A stretch of DNA of 64,000 bases from an uncultured Verrucomicrobiales bacterium (GTDB lineage Bacteria; Verrucomicrobiota; Verrucomicrobiia; Verrucomicrobiales; DEV007), in NCBI GenBank assembly GCA_938091905.1, contig CALKOM010000057.1:15942-79941 (forward strand). Reading direction: 5' to 3'. The translations under genes were made by a program, and so were the position numbers. The notes beneath the pieces are model-generated. The model saw only the letters and a program-made list of their open reading frames with translations, had not been told where the DNA came from and made no database searches. The stretch's first letter is position 1. Each line of letters begins with the position of its first letter. Of the stretch, positions 1 to 9,119 are shown in pieces.

Positions 1-3000
1 TGCGTGTCCTTTTTGCATTCTTATCGGAATCCTCAGGGAGAGCGGAGTTTGGCCGAAGGCCTCCGCAGTATCGGGTTCCACACCGTCATCACGTCTGCCG
101 AAGTCTCTTCGCGAATTCACTTTGGTCGTCGTACGGAAACGGCGCTCATTGACGCTTACCTCGCGCCTCTGATGGAGGCTTATCTAGCAGATGTCGAAGC
201 AGGACTCCCAGAAGAGTCTCCCATGCGTATCATGACCAGTGCCGGTGGGTTGGTCTCTCGAGAGCGCTTTCGTCCGATTGATAGTCTACTCAGTGGTCCC
301 GCCGGGGGAGTCGTCGGTGCGGCTGCGATAGGAAAGAGGCTCGGACGTGAGAAGGTAATCGCCTTTGATATGGGAGGGACGAGCACGGATGTGTCGCGTT
401 ATGATGGTCACTATCACTATCAGCGCGAGCTCACGGTTGGGCCTGCTCGCCTTCAATGCGAAGCGTTGCGTATCGAGACGGTCGCAGCAGGCGGTGGGTC
501 AATTTGTATGATCGATCAGGGAGCATTGAAAGTCGGGCCGGGAAGCGCGGGAGCGTCGCCAGGTCCTGCATGCTATGGGGAGGGCGGTCCTCTAACGATC
601 ACCGATGTGCATGTCTTGCTTGGGCGACTTGTCCCGGATCAGTTTGCTATCCCGTTAGACCGATCTGCAGCCGAGAGTCGCTGGAAATCCTTTTTGAGCG
701 AGCACGAACTCGCGGTGGAGAACGGCGATGTTTATTTGGAAGGCTTCCTCCAGATCGCCAATGAACGCATGGCGGATGCGATACGGGCGATCAGCCTTCG
801 CGAAGGCGCAGCGCCGGCCGATTATGCGTTGCTGGCGTTCGGCGGTGCTGGCGGTTTACATGCCTGTGCCTTGGCGGAGTTGCTAGGTATAGAAGAAGTT
901 CTGGTGCCGCGCGACGCAGGTATTCTCAGTGCGCGTGGCCTAGAGCAGGCAAATCTAGAAAGTCAACGCGAGCGTCAGGTGCTCGCGCTTTGGGAAGATG
1001 TCAGCGAATCTGTCGATGGCTGGATCGATGAACTGCGCCGCACCGCTCTTTCCGAGATCGGCTTGCCGGAAGCGGCATGTGAGATCACAGTGGAAGGGGA
1101 GTGGCGTTTCGAGGGTCAGGAGTCGACTCTCGCGCTTCTGCTATCAGATGATCCAGTCCAAGCCTTTCACGAAGAGCATGCCCGTATCTATGGCCATGTG
1201 CCCGAGAGGCGGCTCGAGTTGGAATCGCTCAGGGTAAGGGTAAGTGAACGGGGGACGGTGCTAAGTGAGGAGGTCTTTGCTCCGCCTAAAGTGGGCGATC
1301 GACAGAACGTTCGCTGCGTTGCAAACGACGACCTTCCTCCTTCTATTCTGTTTATTGGGCCGCTCATGGTTACAGATCCACATTGCACCATCATGGTGGA
1401 AGCTGGTTGGACAGTACAACGAGGATCGGAAGGAACCCTGGCACTGAGACGATGCGAGTCCATCGAGTGTGGAGATGCGGTTCATCCTAAAGAAGTCTTG
1501 TTGGAGTTGTTCACGCAGCGTTTTCGAAATGTCGTTAATGTCATGGGCGAGCAGCTCAGAAAGACGGCTCTCTCGACCAATGTGAAGGAGCGCCTCGATT
1601 ACTCCTGTTGCTTGCTGGATACTCAGGGTCGTCTCGTGGCCAATGCGCCGCACATCCCGGTGCATCTGGGAGCCATGGGCTTGTGTGTGCGTCGGGTGAT
1701 GGACACGCTAGCCGTTCTCGAAGGAGATGTCATCCTTACGAATCACCCCGCATACGGTGGTTCCCACTTGCCTGACCTCACGGTCATCATGCCGGTGTTT
1801 TATGAGGGGACTCTCACTGGGTTCGTGACCAATCGAGCTCACCATGCCGAAATGGGCGGCATTCGTCCTGGCTCCATGCCTTCCAATGCCACGTCATTGG
1901 AAGAAGAAGGCGTGATCATTCCTCCAATCTACCTCTTTGCGCAGGGGGAGTCATGCGAACAGGCAGTGAAGGCGCATTTGCTAGAAGGGCGATATCCAAC
2001 CCGTGCCGTAGAGGAGAATCTAGCCGACCTGCGCGCTCAGGTTGCTTCTTGTCGAGCTGGGGCAGCCTTGTTTGTGAAGCTTTTGGAAACACACGGCGCT
2101 AATATAGTCGAGGATCAGTTGAATCAGCTTTATGCAAGTGCGGCGAGATTTTCAGGGGAAGCGCTCGCGCAACAGTTGCCAAGTCCTGTCAGAGTTCGAG
2201 AAGTGCTGGACGATGGTAGCGAGATCCACATTCAGTTAGGCCGACATGGCGGCCGGTTCGCGGTTGATTTCGAAGGGACGTCCCCTTGCCATCCTGCTAA
2301 TCTTCATGCAACACCTGCTATTGTTCGTAGTGCCCTCATTTACGTCATTCGCTTGCTGCAAGCCCGGGATCTTCCTTTGAATGAAGGGTTGCTTGATCAG
2401 GTTGATGTCTTGTTGCCCGTCTGTTTTTTGAACCCTGACTTTGATGCAGCGTCTTTGCCGCCCGTCGTCGGTGGCAATGTGGAAACCAGTCAACGTCTTG
2501 TCGAAGCCTTGCTTCAGGCGTTCGATCTTGTCGCTGGTAGTCAGGGCACGATGAACAATCTCATCTTTGGAAACGAAGACGTGAGTTACTATGAAACCAT
2601 CTGTGGGGGCTCTGGGGCCGGGCCGGGGTTTCGCGGAGCGAGTGGCGTCCACTCCCACATGACAAACACCGCCATCACCGATCCTGAAATTCTTGAATGG
2701 CGCTATCCAGTGAGGCTACGCCGATTTGCATTGCGCCATGGGTCGGGCGGCAATGGCGAATGGGGTGGGGGAAATGGTGTTGTTAGAGAATTGGAGTTTC
2801 TCGCTCCCTTGGCCGTTTCTCTTCTCACTCAGCATCGTAGCCAGGGCCCGAGAGGGCGTGCTGGAGGGTTAGATGGTGCGCCGGGTCGTCAGATGCTGAT
2901 TCGCGAGGGCGTATCAACCGAGCTTGATGCGCTCGCCAGTGTTGATGTTGGCGTTGGGGATCGCCTTGTCGTGGAGACTCCTGGCGGTGGCGCTTGGGGA

Positions 3001-3039
3001 ACTTGTCCATTGCAAACGTCAGGGCCTTCGGCAGTCTGA
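1..3039 (+). CDS. Fused hydantoinase A/B / ATP-dependent 5-oxoprolinase family protein (5' end outside window)
   Basis: Motifs LLSGPAGG, FDMGGTSTD, TVAAGGGS, GASPGPACYG, NVKERLDYSC, PHIPVHLG, HMTNT..TDPE and ETPGGG. The frame is open from base 1. Confidence 0.93.
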   Translation, partial: CVSFLHSYRNPQGERSLAEGLRSIGFHTVITSAEVSSRIHFGRRTETALIDAYLAPLMEAYLADVEAGLPEESPMRIMTSAGGLVSRERFRPIDSLLSGPAGGVVGAAAIGKRLGREKVIAFDMGGTSTDVSRYDGHYHYQRELTVGPARLQCEALRIETVAAGGGSICMIDQGALKVGPGSAGASPGPACYGEGGPLTITDVHVLLGRLVPDQFAIPLDRSAAESRWKSFLSEHELAVENGDVYLEGFLQIANERMADAIRAISLREGAAPADYALLAFGGAGGLHACALAELLGIEEVLVPRDAGILSARGLEQANLESQRERQVLALWEDVSESVDGWIDELRRTALSEIGLPEAACEITVEGEWRFEGQESTLALLLSDDPVQAFHEEHARIYGHVPERRLELESLRVRVSERGTVLSEEVFAPPKVGDRQNVRCVANDDLPPSILFIGPLMVTDPHCTIMVEAGWTVQRGSEGTLALRRCESIECGDAVHPKEVLLELFTQRFRNVVNVMGEQLRKTALSTNVKERLDYSCCLLDTQGRLVANAPHIPVHLGAMGLCVRRVMDTLAVLEGDVILTNHPAYGGSHLPDLTVIMPVFYEGTLTGFVTNRAHHAEMGGIRPGSMPSNATSLEEEGVIIPPIYLFAQGESCEQAVKAHLLEGRYPTRAVEENLADLRAQVASCRAGAALFVKLLETHGANIVEDQLNQLYASAARFSGEALAQQLPSPVRVREVLDDGSEIHIQLGRHGGRFAVDFEGTSPCHPANLHATPAIVRSALIYVIRLLQARDLPLNEGLLDQVDVLLPVCFLNPDFDAASLPPVVGGNVETSQRLVEALLQAFDLVAGSQGTMNNLIFGNEDVSYYETICGGSGAGPGFRGASGVHSHMTNTAITDPEILEWRYPVRLRRFALRHGSGGNGEWGGGNGVVRELEFLAPLAVSLLTQHRSQGPRGRAGGLDGAPGRQMLIREGVSTELDALASVDVGVGDRLVVETPGGGAWGTCPLQTSGPSAV

Positions 3040-3042
3040 GAC

Positions 3043-3801
3043 GTGTGGTCTTCCATCTATCCTGAGCTGACCGGCGGTGCCTTTGCTTTCGCTGTTTTTG
3101 GCGCTTTCTGCTTGGGCTTTTCTAAAACGGGATTCCCTGGACTTGCCATGGTCAACGTCTTGATCATCGCAGAGCTGTTCGGAGCGAAAGCTTCCGTCGG
3201 CATCATCCTTCCCCTGTTGGTGCTGTGTGATTTCATCATCTACCCGCTCTATCGCAAGTACGCCTCCTGGGTTCAGGTTTGGCCGTTGATTGTCCCGACG
3301 TTGATTGGTGTGGTGCTAGGCTGGCTCTTATTAGACGCCATTAGCAACCATGTAGCACGGAGATTACTAGGTGGAATCGTCTTATTCATGGCGTTTCTCC
3401 AACTCGCTCGGCAATGGAAGTCGGCGATGCTTACCAGCTTGCCTGATGCTCCCTTTTTCCGATGGGGCAGTGGCCTTATTATCGGTGTCGCTACCATGCT
3501 AGCGAATGCAGCCGGTTCTGTTTATGCTATCTATGCGCTTGTTAGACAGATGTCGAAGAGTGATTTCCTTGGTGTCGGGGCCCGCTTGTTTCTTCTTGTG
3601 AACGTTCTCAAGCTGCCATTTAGTGTGAACTTGGGTATTCTCAACGCGAACTCGCTAAGACTTGATACCGCTCTCGTCCCTGGGGTCTTGCTAGGAATTT
3701 GCGTTGGTCGTCAGGTCATTGCCCGCATCCCTGAGGCCCTGTTCCAGGGGTTGCTGTATGCTTTCTCATTCATTGCAGGCGTTCGGTTGCTCTTCTTCTG
3801 A
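3043..3801 (+). CDS. Sulfite exporter TauE/SafE family membrane protein
   Basis: 252 aa hydrophobic protein with GFSKTGFPG, GIILPLLVLCD and TMLANAAG motifs. Starts 3 bp after the oxoprolinase stop. Confidence 0.85.
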   Translation: MWSSIYPELTGGAFAFAVFGAFCLGFSKTGFPGLAMVNVLIIAELFGAKASVGIILPLLVLCDFIIYPLYRKYASWVQVWPLIVPTLIGVVLGWLLLDAISNHVARRLLGGIVLFMAFLQLARQWKSAMLTSLPDAPFFRWGSGLIIGVATMLANAAGSVYAIYALVRQMSKSDFLGVGARLFLLVNVLKLPFSVNLGILNANSLRLDTALVPGVLLGICVGRQVIARIPEALFQGLLYAFSFIAGVRLLFF

Positions 3802-3810
3802 AGTGCTTCC

Positions 3811-6498
3811 TTATTTGACAGTTTCCTGTGGCTCGAATGTGAGCCGGTCCAGGTTCATGAAGGGACCGCCGCCCTTGGGGTTCACGAAAACAACGCATAG
3901 ATGGTGTAGTCCGCCCGGATCGTTTATCACAGCTTCGACTTCAGTCCAAATCTCCCACCCGCTGGTGGCCTCGAATGGAATCTGAGCGATCAACTTTCCG
4001 CTAGGATCATTCTGTCGAAGCTCAATGCTACCAGCGGATTCGGGAGCGGCGATCCGTGCAGTGATCGCTTTGATACCGGAGAGATTGACACGTTCGTATA
4101 TCAGATAGTGTCCTTGACTGATACTGCCAACGAACTGCCCATTGCTGGCGGTGTCGCTTTCGAGGGTTTGCGTGCCGTGCTTGCTCGAGAAGTGTTCACC
4201 CTCGACCAAGCGAGAGCGGAGCCGGATCTCGTCTTTGCGTGTGAGCGGAGGCATGCCGCCACCGCCGAAATCGGTGTAAGAGGCTTGCCAGACGGCCATG
4301 GCACCCGCACCACTCTTTAACCAGTCTGGGCGCTGAGCCAAGGTCGTTCCGCGGAAGTCTTGGCTCATGCCGTCGCGCTGGCTGGAGTCTTTGAGAGAAT
4401 AGATCCAGCGAACGATTGAAGCGGCTTGCTGCCTGGACAGATCAATGTGTGGAAGCATGGGGATCTCTCCCCATACTTTACTCGAGCCATTGATGATTCG
4501 ATTCGCGGTTTTGTGGACAGCGGCTTCTTGATCTTCCTCGTCAGCGTAGCGGAGAGCGATCTCAGCAAACGATGGTCCAACGACGCGTCGGTTAATGGCG
4601 TGGCAATTGAGACAGTCACTTTTCTGAATCAATGAGAGGGCCCCAGCATGTTGGCCTGAGCCGGAGAGATAAGCAGCTTCGGCGTTGCCTGGCGTGTCTG
4701 TGTGAAAAAACTGATTGAGCAAGAGACGCGAACGCATGAAGTCGGCGGTCTCCCTGGATGAGCCATCTTCGGCATCGTCGACAGCGACTTCGTAGGAAAT
4801 TGTGCTTCCCCAATCGAAGAAGCCGCCATCCACAGGTGCCAAGAAGCGAACGCTGGGCGCTTCGTTTCCAACGACGAGATGGGCGGACTCGGAAGTTGCC
4901 GCACCGTTGTCGTCCGTCACTGTCAATCGAACATCATACTCGCCGGGTTCGTTTAGGATGAAGGTCGCTTCGCGTGTGCTTTGGGATTCGAACTCCGCAC
5001 CGAGGACTTCCCAACGGAACGATAGCGTATCGCCCGCGTCGGGATCCGAGCTGTCGACTGCTGTAAACGTTGCTGTGAGAGGATGTTTGCCTTCGGTTGG
5101 AGACGTCACCAGAATCTTAGCATCTGGTGGGCGATTGCCAGGATGGTAGTCTATGCGCAAAAGGCGGGCTTCCGCATTGATCCCCCAAGTGGTGCCGTAG
5201 TCGAGCATGTAAAGAGCACCTTCAGGACCGATGCGCATGTCAACGGGGCGATTCAGGCTCAGCTCGGTGAGGAACGGCTCGATAGAGACGATGTTAGAGT
5301 CGCCGTCGAGCTTTACTCTTTTGATGAACTTTCGTTCCCAATCGAAGAAGATCAGCGAGCGATCAAGTTCTTCGGGAAGCTTGGTTGGAGATTTGAGCGT
5401 GGGGTCGAAGTGATAGACGGGGCCGGCACATGCAGTTCGACCGCCCTTGCCGAGCATGGAAAACTCCTTGGAGTCCGCGTAGGGATAGAAGATCCAGGCG
5501 GGTTGCGGAGTCGGCAGGATCTTGGAGCCGGTGTTGGTGGGAGAACGATTCTCAGGGGTGCCTACATCGTAGAGTGGGCCGGCTTTCTTGGTTTCAAAGT
5601 CCCAGTCCGAATACGCTCGATTGTCTCCGATGAAGAAGGGCCAACCAAAGTTGCCGGCAGCACGTGCTTGGTTGAGTTCGTCATAACCACGCGGTCCTCG
5701 GTCACTCTCGCCACCGGCATCGGGCCCAACATCGCCCCAGTAAACGTAGCCTGTGCGTTGGTCGACGTTCATCCGCCAGGGGTTGCGGCAGCCCATGACG
5801 TAGATCTCTGGCTTTCCAGAGATAGGTCCTCCTGCGGGAAAGAGGTTGCCTTCAGGGATCGCGTATTCGCCATCGGCCTGAGGGCGAATACGCAGGATCT
5901 TGCCGCGCAAGTCGTTGGTGTTTCCCGCCGTGTCTTGGGCATCGTAAACATGCTTGCCCTCGCGCTCATCAAGCGGGGCGTAGCCACCGGAATCTCCGCC
6001 GGGATGGGTGTTGTCGCCCGTTGAAATAAAGAGGTTTCCATCCGGACCAAACTCTAAGGACCCGGCGTGGTGACAGCAGTCATCTCGATGAGTGGGCACC
6101 TTGAGAACGACCTTCTCTGAGCTGGGGTCGAGAACGTCCCCCTTGAGGGTAAAGCGACTGACAAACTGCCCAACGAAAACTTCTGTGGGCGGCGAATACA
6201 TGAGGTAGAGCCACTGGTTCTCGCTGAAGTTGGGATCCAAGGTCAGGCCGATGAGGCCGGCCTCCTGCTTAGCAAAGACTTCCAGTTCAGCGGCGATGGT
6301 CGTGTGCCGAGTGTCCGGATGATAGATCTGCAGTTTACCTTCGAGTTCGATGAAGAAGACGCGGCCGTCTGGGGAGACGTCGAGCTCCAAAGGCCGCTGG
6401 AGATCCTTCGCGAGTAAAGTAGCGGTGAAACGATTCTCCTGGTAGGGGGCCGCTACTGCTACAATTACACTAGCATAGAGCGCTAGAGCAGTCCGCAT
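3811..6498 (-). CDS. Secreted PQQ-dependent sugar dehydrogenase (GSDH-type beta-propeller) with PKD, cytochrome c and CBM6-like domains
   Basis: Signal peptide; CCHHAGSLEFGPDG and GCRNPWR propeller motifs; PKD (SSDPD..LSFRW..GEYDVRLTVTD); heme motif CLNCH..VGPSF..PMLPH; C-terminal CBM6-like domain. Confidence 0.88.
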   Translation of the reverse strand: MRTALALYASVIVAVAAPYQENRFTATLLAKDLQRPLELDVSPDGRVFFIELEGKLQIYHPDTRHTTIAAELEVFAKQEAGLIGLTLDPNFSENQWLYLMYSPPTEVFVGQFVSRFTLKGDVLDPSSEKVVLKVPTHRDDCCHHAGSLEFGPDGNLFISTGDNTHPGGDSGGYAPLDEREGKHVYDAQDTAGNTNDLRGKILRIRPQADGEYAIPEGNLFPAGGPISGKPEIYVMGCRNPWRMNVDQRTGYVYWGDVGPDAGGESDRGPRGYDELNQARAAGNFGWPFFIGDNRAYSDWDFETKKAGPLYDVGTPENRSPTNTGSKILPTPQPAWIFYPYADSKEFSMLGKGGRTACAGPVYHFDPTLKSPTKLPEELDRSLIFFDWERKFIKRVKLDGDSNIVSIEPFLTELSLNRPVDMRIGPEGALYMLDYGTTWGINAEARLLRIDYHPGNRPPDAKILVTSPTEGKHPLTATFTAVDSSDPDAGDTLSFRWEVLGAEFESQSTREATFILNEPGEYDVRLTVTDDNGAATSESAHLVVGNEAPSVRFLAPVDGGFFDWGSTISYEVAVDDAEDGSSRETADFMRSRLLLNQFFHTDTPGNAEAAYLSGSGQHAGALSLIQKSDCLNCHAINRRVVGPSFAEIALRYADEEDQEAAVHKTANRIINGSSKVWGEIPMLPHIDLSRQQAASIVRWIYSLKDSSQRDGMSQDFRGTTLAQRPDWLKSGAGAMAVWQASYTDFGGGGMPPLTRKDEIRLRSRLVEGEHFSSKHGTQTLESDTASNGQFVGSISQGHYLIYERVNLSGIKAITARIAAPESAGSIELRQNDPSGKLIAQIPFEATSGWEIWTEVEAVINDPGGLHHLCVVFVNPKGGGPFMNLDRLTFEPQETVK

Positions 6499-6505
6499 GA
6501 GAATG

Positions 6506-8128
6506 CTAGGAATTCAGGTTAGTCCGCGCGGAAGCCCCAGGCGTGCGCATGTCTTTCTTCCATTGCTCAGGTTTCTCGTCCTGGATGCTGTCGTCTTCAT
6601 ACTTCTCGACGAGTCCCTGAAGCTGCTTCTTTAGATCTGTGGTGATCGCGTCGTAGCCGGGCTTCCCGTAAAGATTGGAGAGTTCTTCCGGATCGTTCTC
6701 GAGATCGTAGAGTTCCCACTCATCGCCGAAGCGATAGAAATTCATCAGCTTGTAACGCGTTGTCCGGATACCATTGTGGCGTGGAATCATGTGCACGCTC
6801 GGGTACTCATAGTAGTGATAGTAGATGCTGGTTCTCCAGTCGTCTGGGTTGCGTCCTTTGAGGAGTGGTACGAGCGACCTACCTTGCATGTCTTTGGGAA
6901 TAGGAGCGTTGGCCATGTCCAGGAAGGTCTGGGCGTAATCGAGATTCTGAATCATGTGCGTGCTGCGAGAACCAGGAATGGTGGTGCCAGGCCATTTGAT
7001 GACGAAGGGCATTTTTAGGGACTCTTCGTACATCCAGCGCTTGTCGTACCAGCCGTGGTCGCCGATGTAGAAACCTTGGTCAGAGGAGTAAATGACGATG
7101 GTGTTTTCATCGAGACCTAACTCTGTCAACGTGCCACGAAGACGTCCGATTCCTTCATCGACACCCTTGATACAACGAAGGTAGTTCTTGGCATAGCGCT
7201 GGTACTTCCAACGCACGAGATCTTTGCCCGTGAGTTTGGCTTGATGGAAGGCTTCATCCTTGGGCCCGTAGGCCGCACGCCAAGCCTTGAGCTGGCCTGC
7301 GCTCATCCGCTTCATGTTATTCCAAGCAGAGCGGTCTTGGCGTTTCTGCGAGGGTTGCTGATTGAACTCAGGTGTGAGATCGACGAAGAGGTCGTAGTTG
7401 AGATCCATGTGCCGATCGATCTCCAGTTCCTGATGGCGCGCCGGAGGGGCGTTGTCCTTCCAATCGTCGAAGAGCGTTGAGGGCTCTGGGATGGTGATGT
7501 CGTCATACAAATGCAAGTGTCTCATGGCTGGCATCCAGCAACGATGGGGAGCCTTGTGCTGGACCATGAGCATGAAAGGCTTCTCAGGATCGCGATCACT
7601 TGTCAGCCAGTTAACAGCGGCATCCGTTACGATATCCGTACAATAGCCTTGCACTTGTACACGGCCTTCGGGCGTGATGAGGAAAGGATTATAGTAGTCG
7701 CCTTGCCCTGGAAGGACTTTCCAGTCGTCGAAACCTTGCGGTTTGCCCTTCAAATGGGACTTCCCGTAGAGCGCGGTTTGGTAGCCCTTCTTTTGTAGGA
7801 TCTTTGGGAATATCTGTTGGTCCCAATCGAAGGCGTTTCCGTTGTTCATGAAGCCATTCTTATGGCTGTGCTTCCCTGACATGATGACGGCGCGACTCGG
7901 TCCGCAGATCGAGTTGGTGCAGAAGCTCTTCTCAAACAGCATGCCCTCTGCCGCGAGCTGATCGATGTTCGGCGTGGGATTGACCGACTTCAGGAAGCCA
8001 TTGTAGGCGCCGATCGCATGGGGAGCGTGATCGTCCGTAAAGATGAAGAGAATATTTGGAGTCTGCGCCGTGAGGGAACTGAGCGTGGCGAAGAGGAAAC
8101 TACTGAGAAGGAGGTAAATCCGATGCAT
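6506..8128 (-). CDS. Sulfatase (formylglycine-dependent S1 family)
   Basis: Signal peptide, PNILFIFTDDH, CGPSRA signature, GKSHL, SSDQGF..GDHGWYDKRWMYEES. Confidence 0.95.
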   Translation of the reverse strand: MHRIYLLLSSFLFATLSSLTAQTPNILFIFTDDHAPHAIGAYNGFLKSVNPTPNIDQLAAEGMLFEKSFCTNSICGPSRAVIMSGKHSHKNGFMNNGNAFDWDQQIFPKILQKKGYQTALYGKSHLKGKPQGFDDWKVLPGQGDYYNPFLITPEGRVQVQGYCTDIVTDAAVNWLTSDRDPEKPFMLMVQHKAPHRCWMPAMRHLHLYDDITIPEPSTLFDDWKDNAPPARHQELEIDRHMDLNYDLFVDLTPEFNQQPSQKRQDRSAWNNMKRMSAGQLKAWRAAYGPKDEAFHQAKLTGKDLVRWKYQRYAKNYLRCIKGVDEGIGRLRGTLTELGLDENTIVIYSSDQGFYIGDHGWYDKRWMYEESLKMPFVIKWPGTTIPGSRSTHMIQNLDYAQTFLDMANAPIPKDMQGRSLVPLLKGRNPDDWRTSIYYHYYEYPSVHMIPRHNGIRTTRYKLMNFYRFGDEWELYDLENDPEELSNLYGKPGYDAITTDLKKQLQGLVEKYEDDSIQDEKPEQWKKDMRTPGASARTNLNS

Positions 8129-8219
8129 ACGTGGTCATTTAACCCCAACACAGGGAATGGTAGCAATCCTCAAGTCTTCCTGCCTGGGCAAAACTTGCTG
8201 ACTCAGGTGGGCCGATCTT

Positions 8220-8393
8220 GCCAAGAAAGCGATCGAAATGCTGCCTGAAGAAGACAAGCGCTAACTCGTTGGTTGGTTCAAAGATCACCGTTTCGTTGTC
8301 GAATCTTCCGCGGTTCTCGAGTCCATTTACGACGAGGAAGATGGGGGAGAAAGCCGGTTGATCGATGAAGGGGAGGACGAGCAATGCTTATGA
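8220..8393 (+). pseudogene. Remnant of a putative antitoxin gene
   Basis: Frame reads AKKAIEMLPEEDKR*LVGWFKDH...SIYDEEDGG...EDEQCL*, with an internal TAA at 8262-8264. It is acidic, and its TGA overlaps the ATG (8390) of the PemK-like ORF. Confidence 0.45.
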
Positions 8394-8611
8394 ATCGCGG
8401 CGAGGTCAGTTACATCATTTGCATAGCCAACCCGCTCGGCACCGCTTATGAAATCCCCTACCGGGCGCGTGGCATGAAACCAGATGCCTCCGACGTTCGA
8501 GGCCTCGGCGCCACAGACCAAAGCCGCTTCCTGAGGAAGCTAGGCCGCTTGAACAAAGCCACGCTTAAGCAAGTCGAGACTATGGTCAAGGCCTGGCTCG
8601 GTCTAAAGTAA
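8390..8611 (+). pseudogene. Internally deleted PemK/MazF-like toxin
   Basis: MNRGEV start and DVRGLGATDQSRFLRKLGRL..TLKQVE..VKAWLG end resemble PemK/MazF. It is short (73 aa) and lacks the usual RPxLV segment. Confidence 0.55.
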
Positions 8612-9019
8612 CTTCTTTCCTTAGTCGCTTCGTAATGCTTGTGTTAAGGATCGTCTTGAAATCAGCGCGCTAGCACGTATGGTTCGCTTGATTCAGGTCT
8701 ATTGCATCCATGGCTCGCAAGAGGTGTGACCACACTGGGTAAACATAAACACGATTGAGGAATGGTTTGTATCGTGGAAGGCTGGTCATCAAGCTTATGT
8801 TGAGCGGTCGGCCCATGAAGCTGTCACAGAAGTGGCAACACTTTCCATTGCAAGGCGAGCCCGTCCTCAAGGAACTGTGGCCAGTTCCACTACGAGATGA
8901 ATACTCCTTTCTACGTCCTTTACTTGGGCTCTATGACAGTCCGGTTTGCTATTGGCAATAGCGTATGGTGAATCTTATCGCCAGTGGCCGAGGCTGCGAG
9001 ATTGTAGAGTAATGCTATG

Positions 9020-9104
9020 GTCGAGGGTCCCGAAAGTTCGGACCTCCGACAACGTGACCAGTCCAGTAAGGCGCATAGGGTGCTAAACACAGACCCTATT
9101 GCGC
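9020..9104 (-). terminator. Two adjacent stem-loops downstream of the beta-CASP gene (possible terminator or stability element)
   Basis: gtcgagggtcc/ggacctccgac (9020-9050) and gcgcatagggt/accctattgcgc (9071-9104). No clear U-tract. Confidence 0.4.
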
Positions 9105-9119
9105 GGCAGTAGATATGCT

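Noticed and set aside
5083..6024. 313-aa plus-strand ORF (and similar long antisense ORFs, e.g. 49620-50306 and 53567-54187)
   Set aside because: They lie opposite well-supported genes and have no motifs; typical shadow ORFs of GC-rich coding DNA.
8670..8961. Short ORFs 8670-8870 (-) and 8755-8961 (+)
   Set aside because: They overlap each other and have no recognisable motifs; not supportable as genes.
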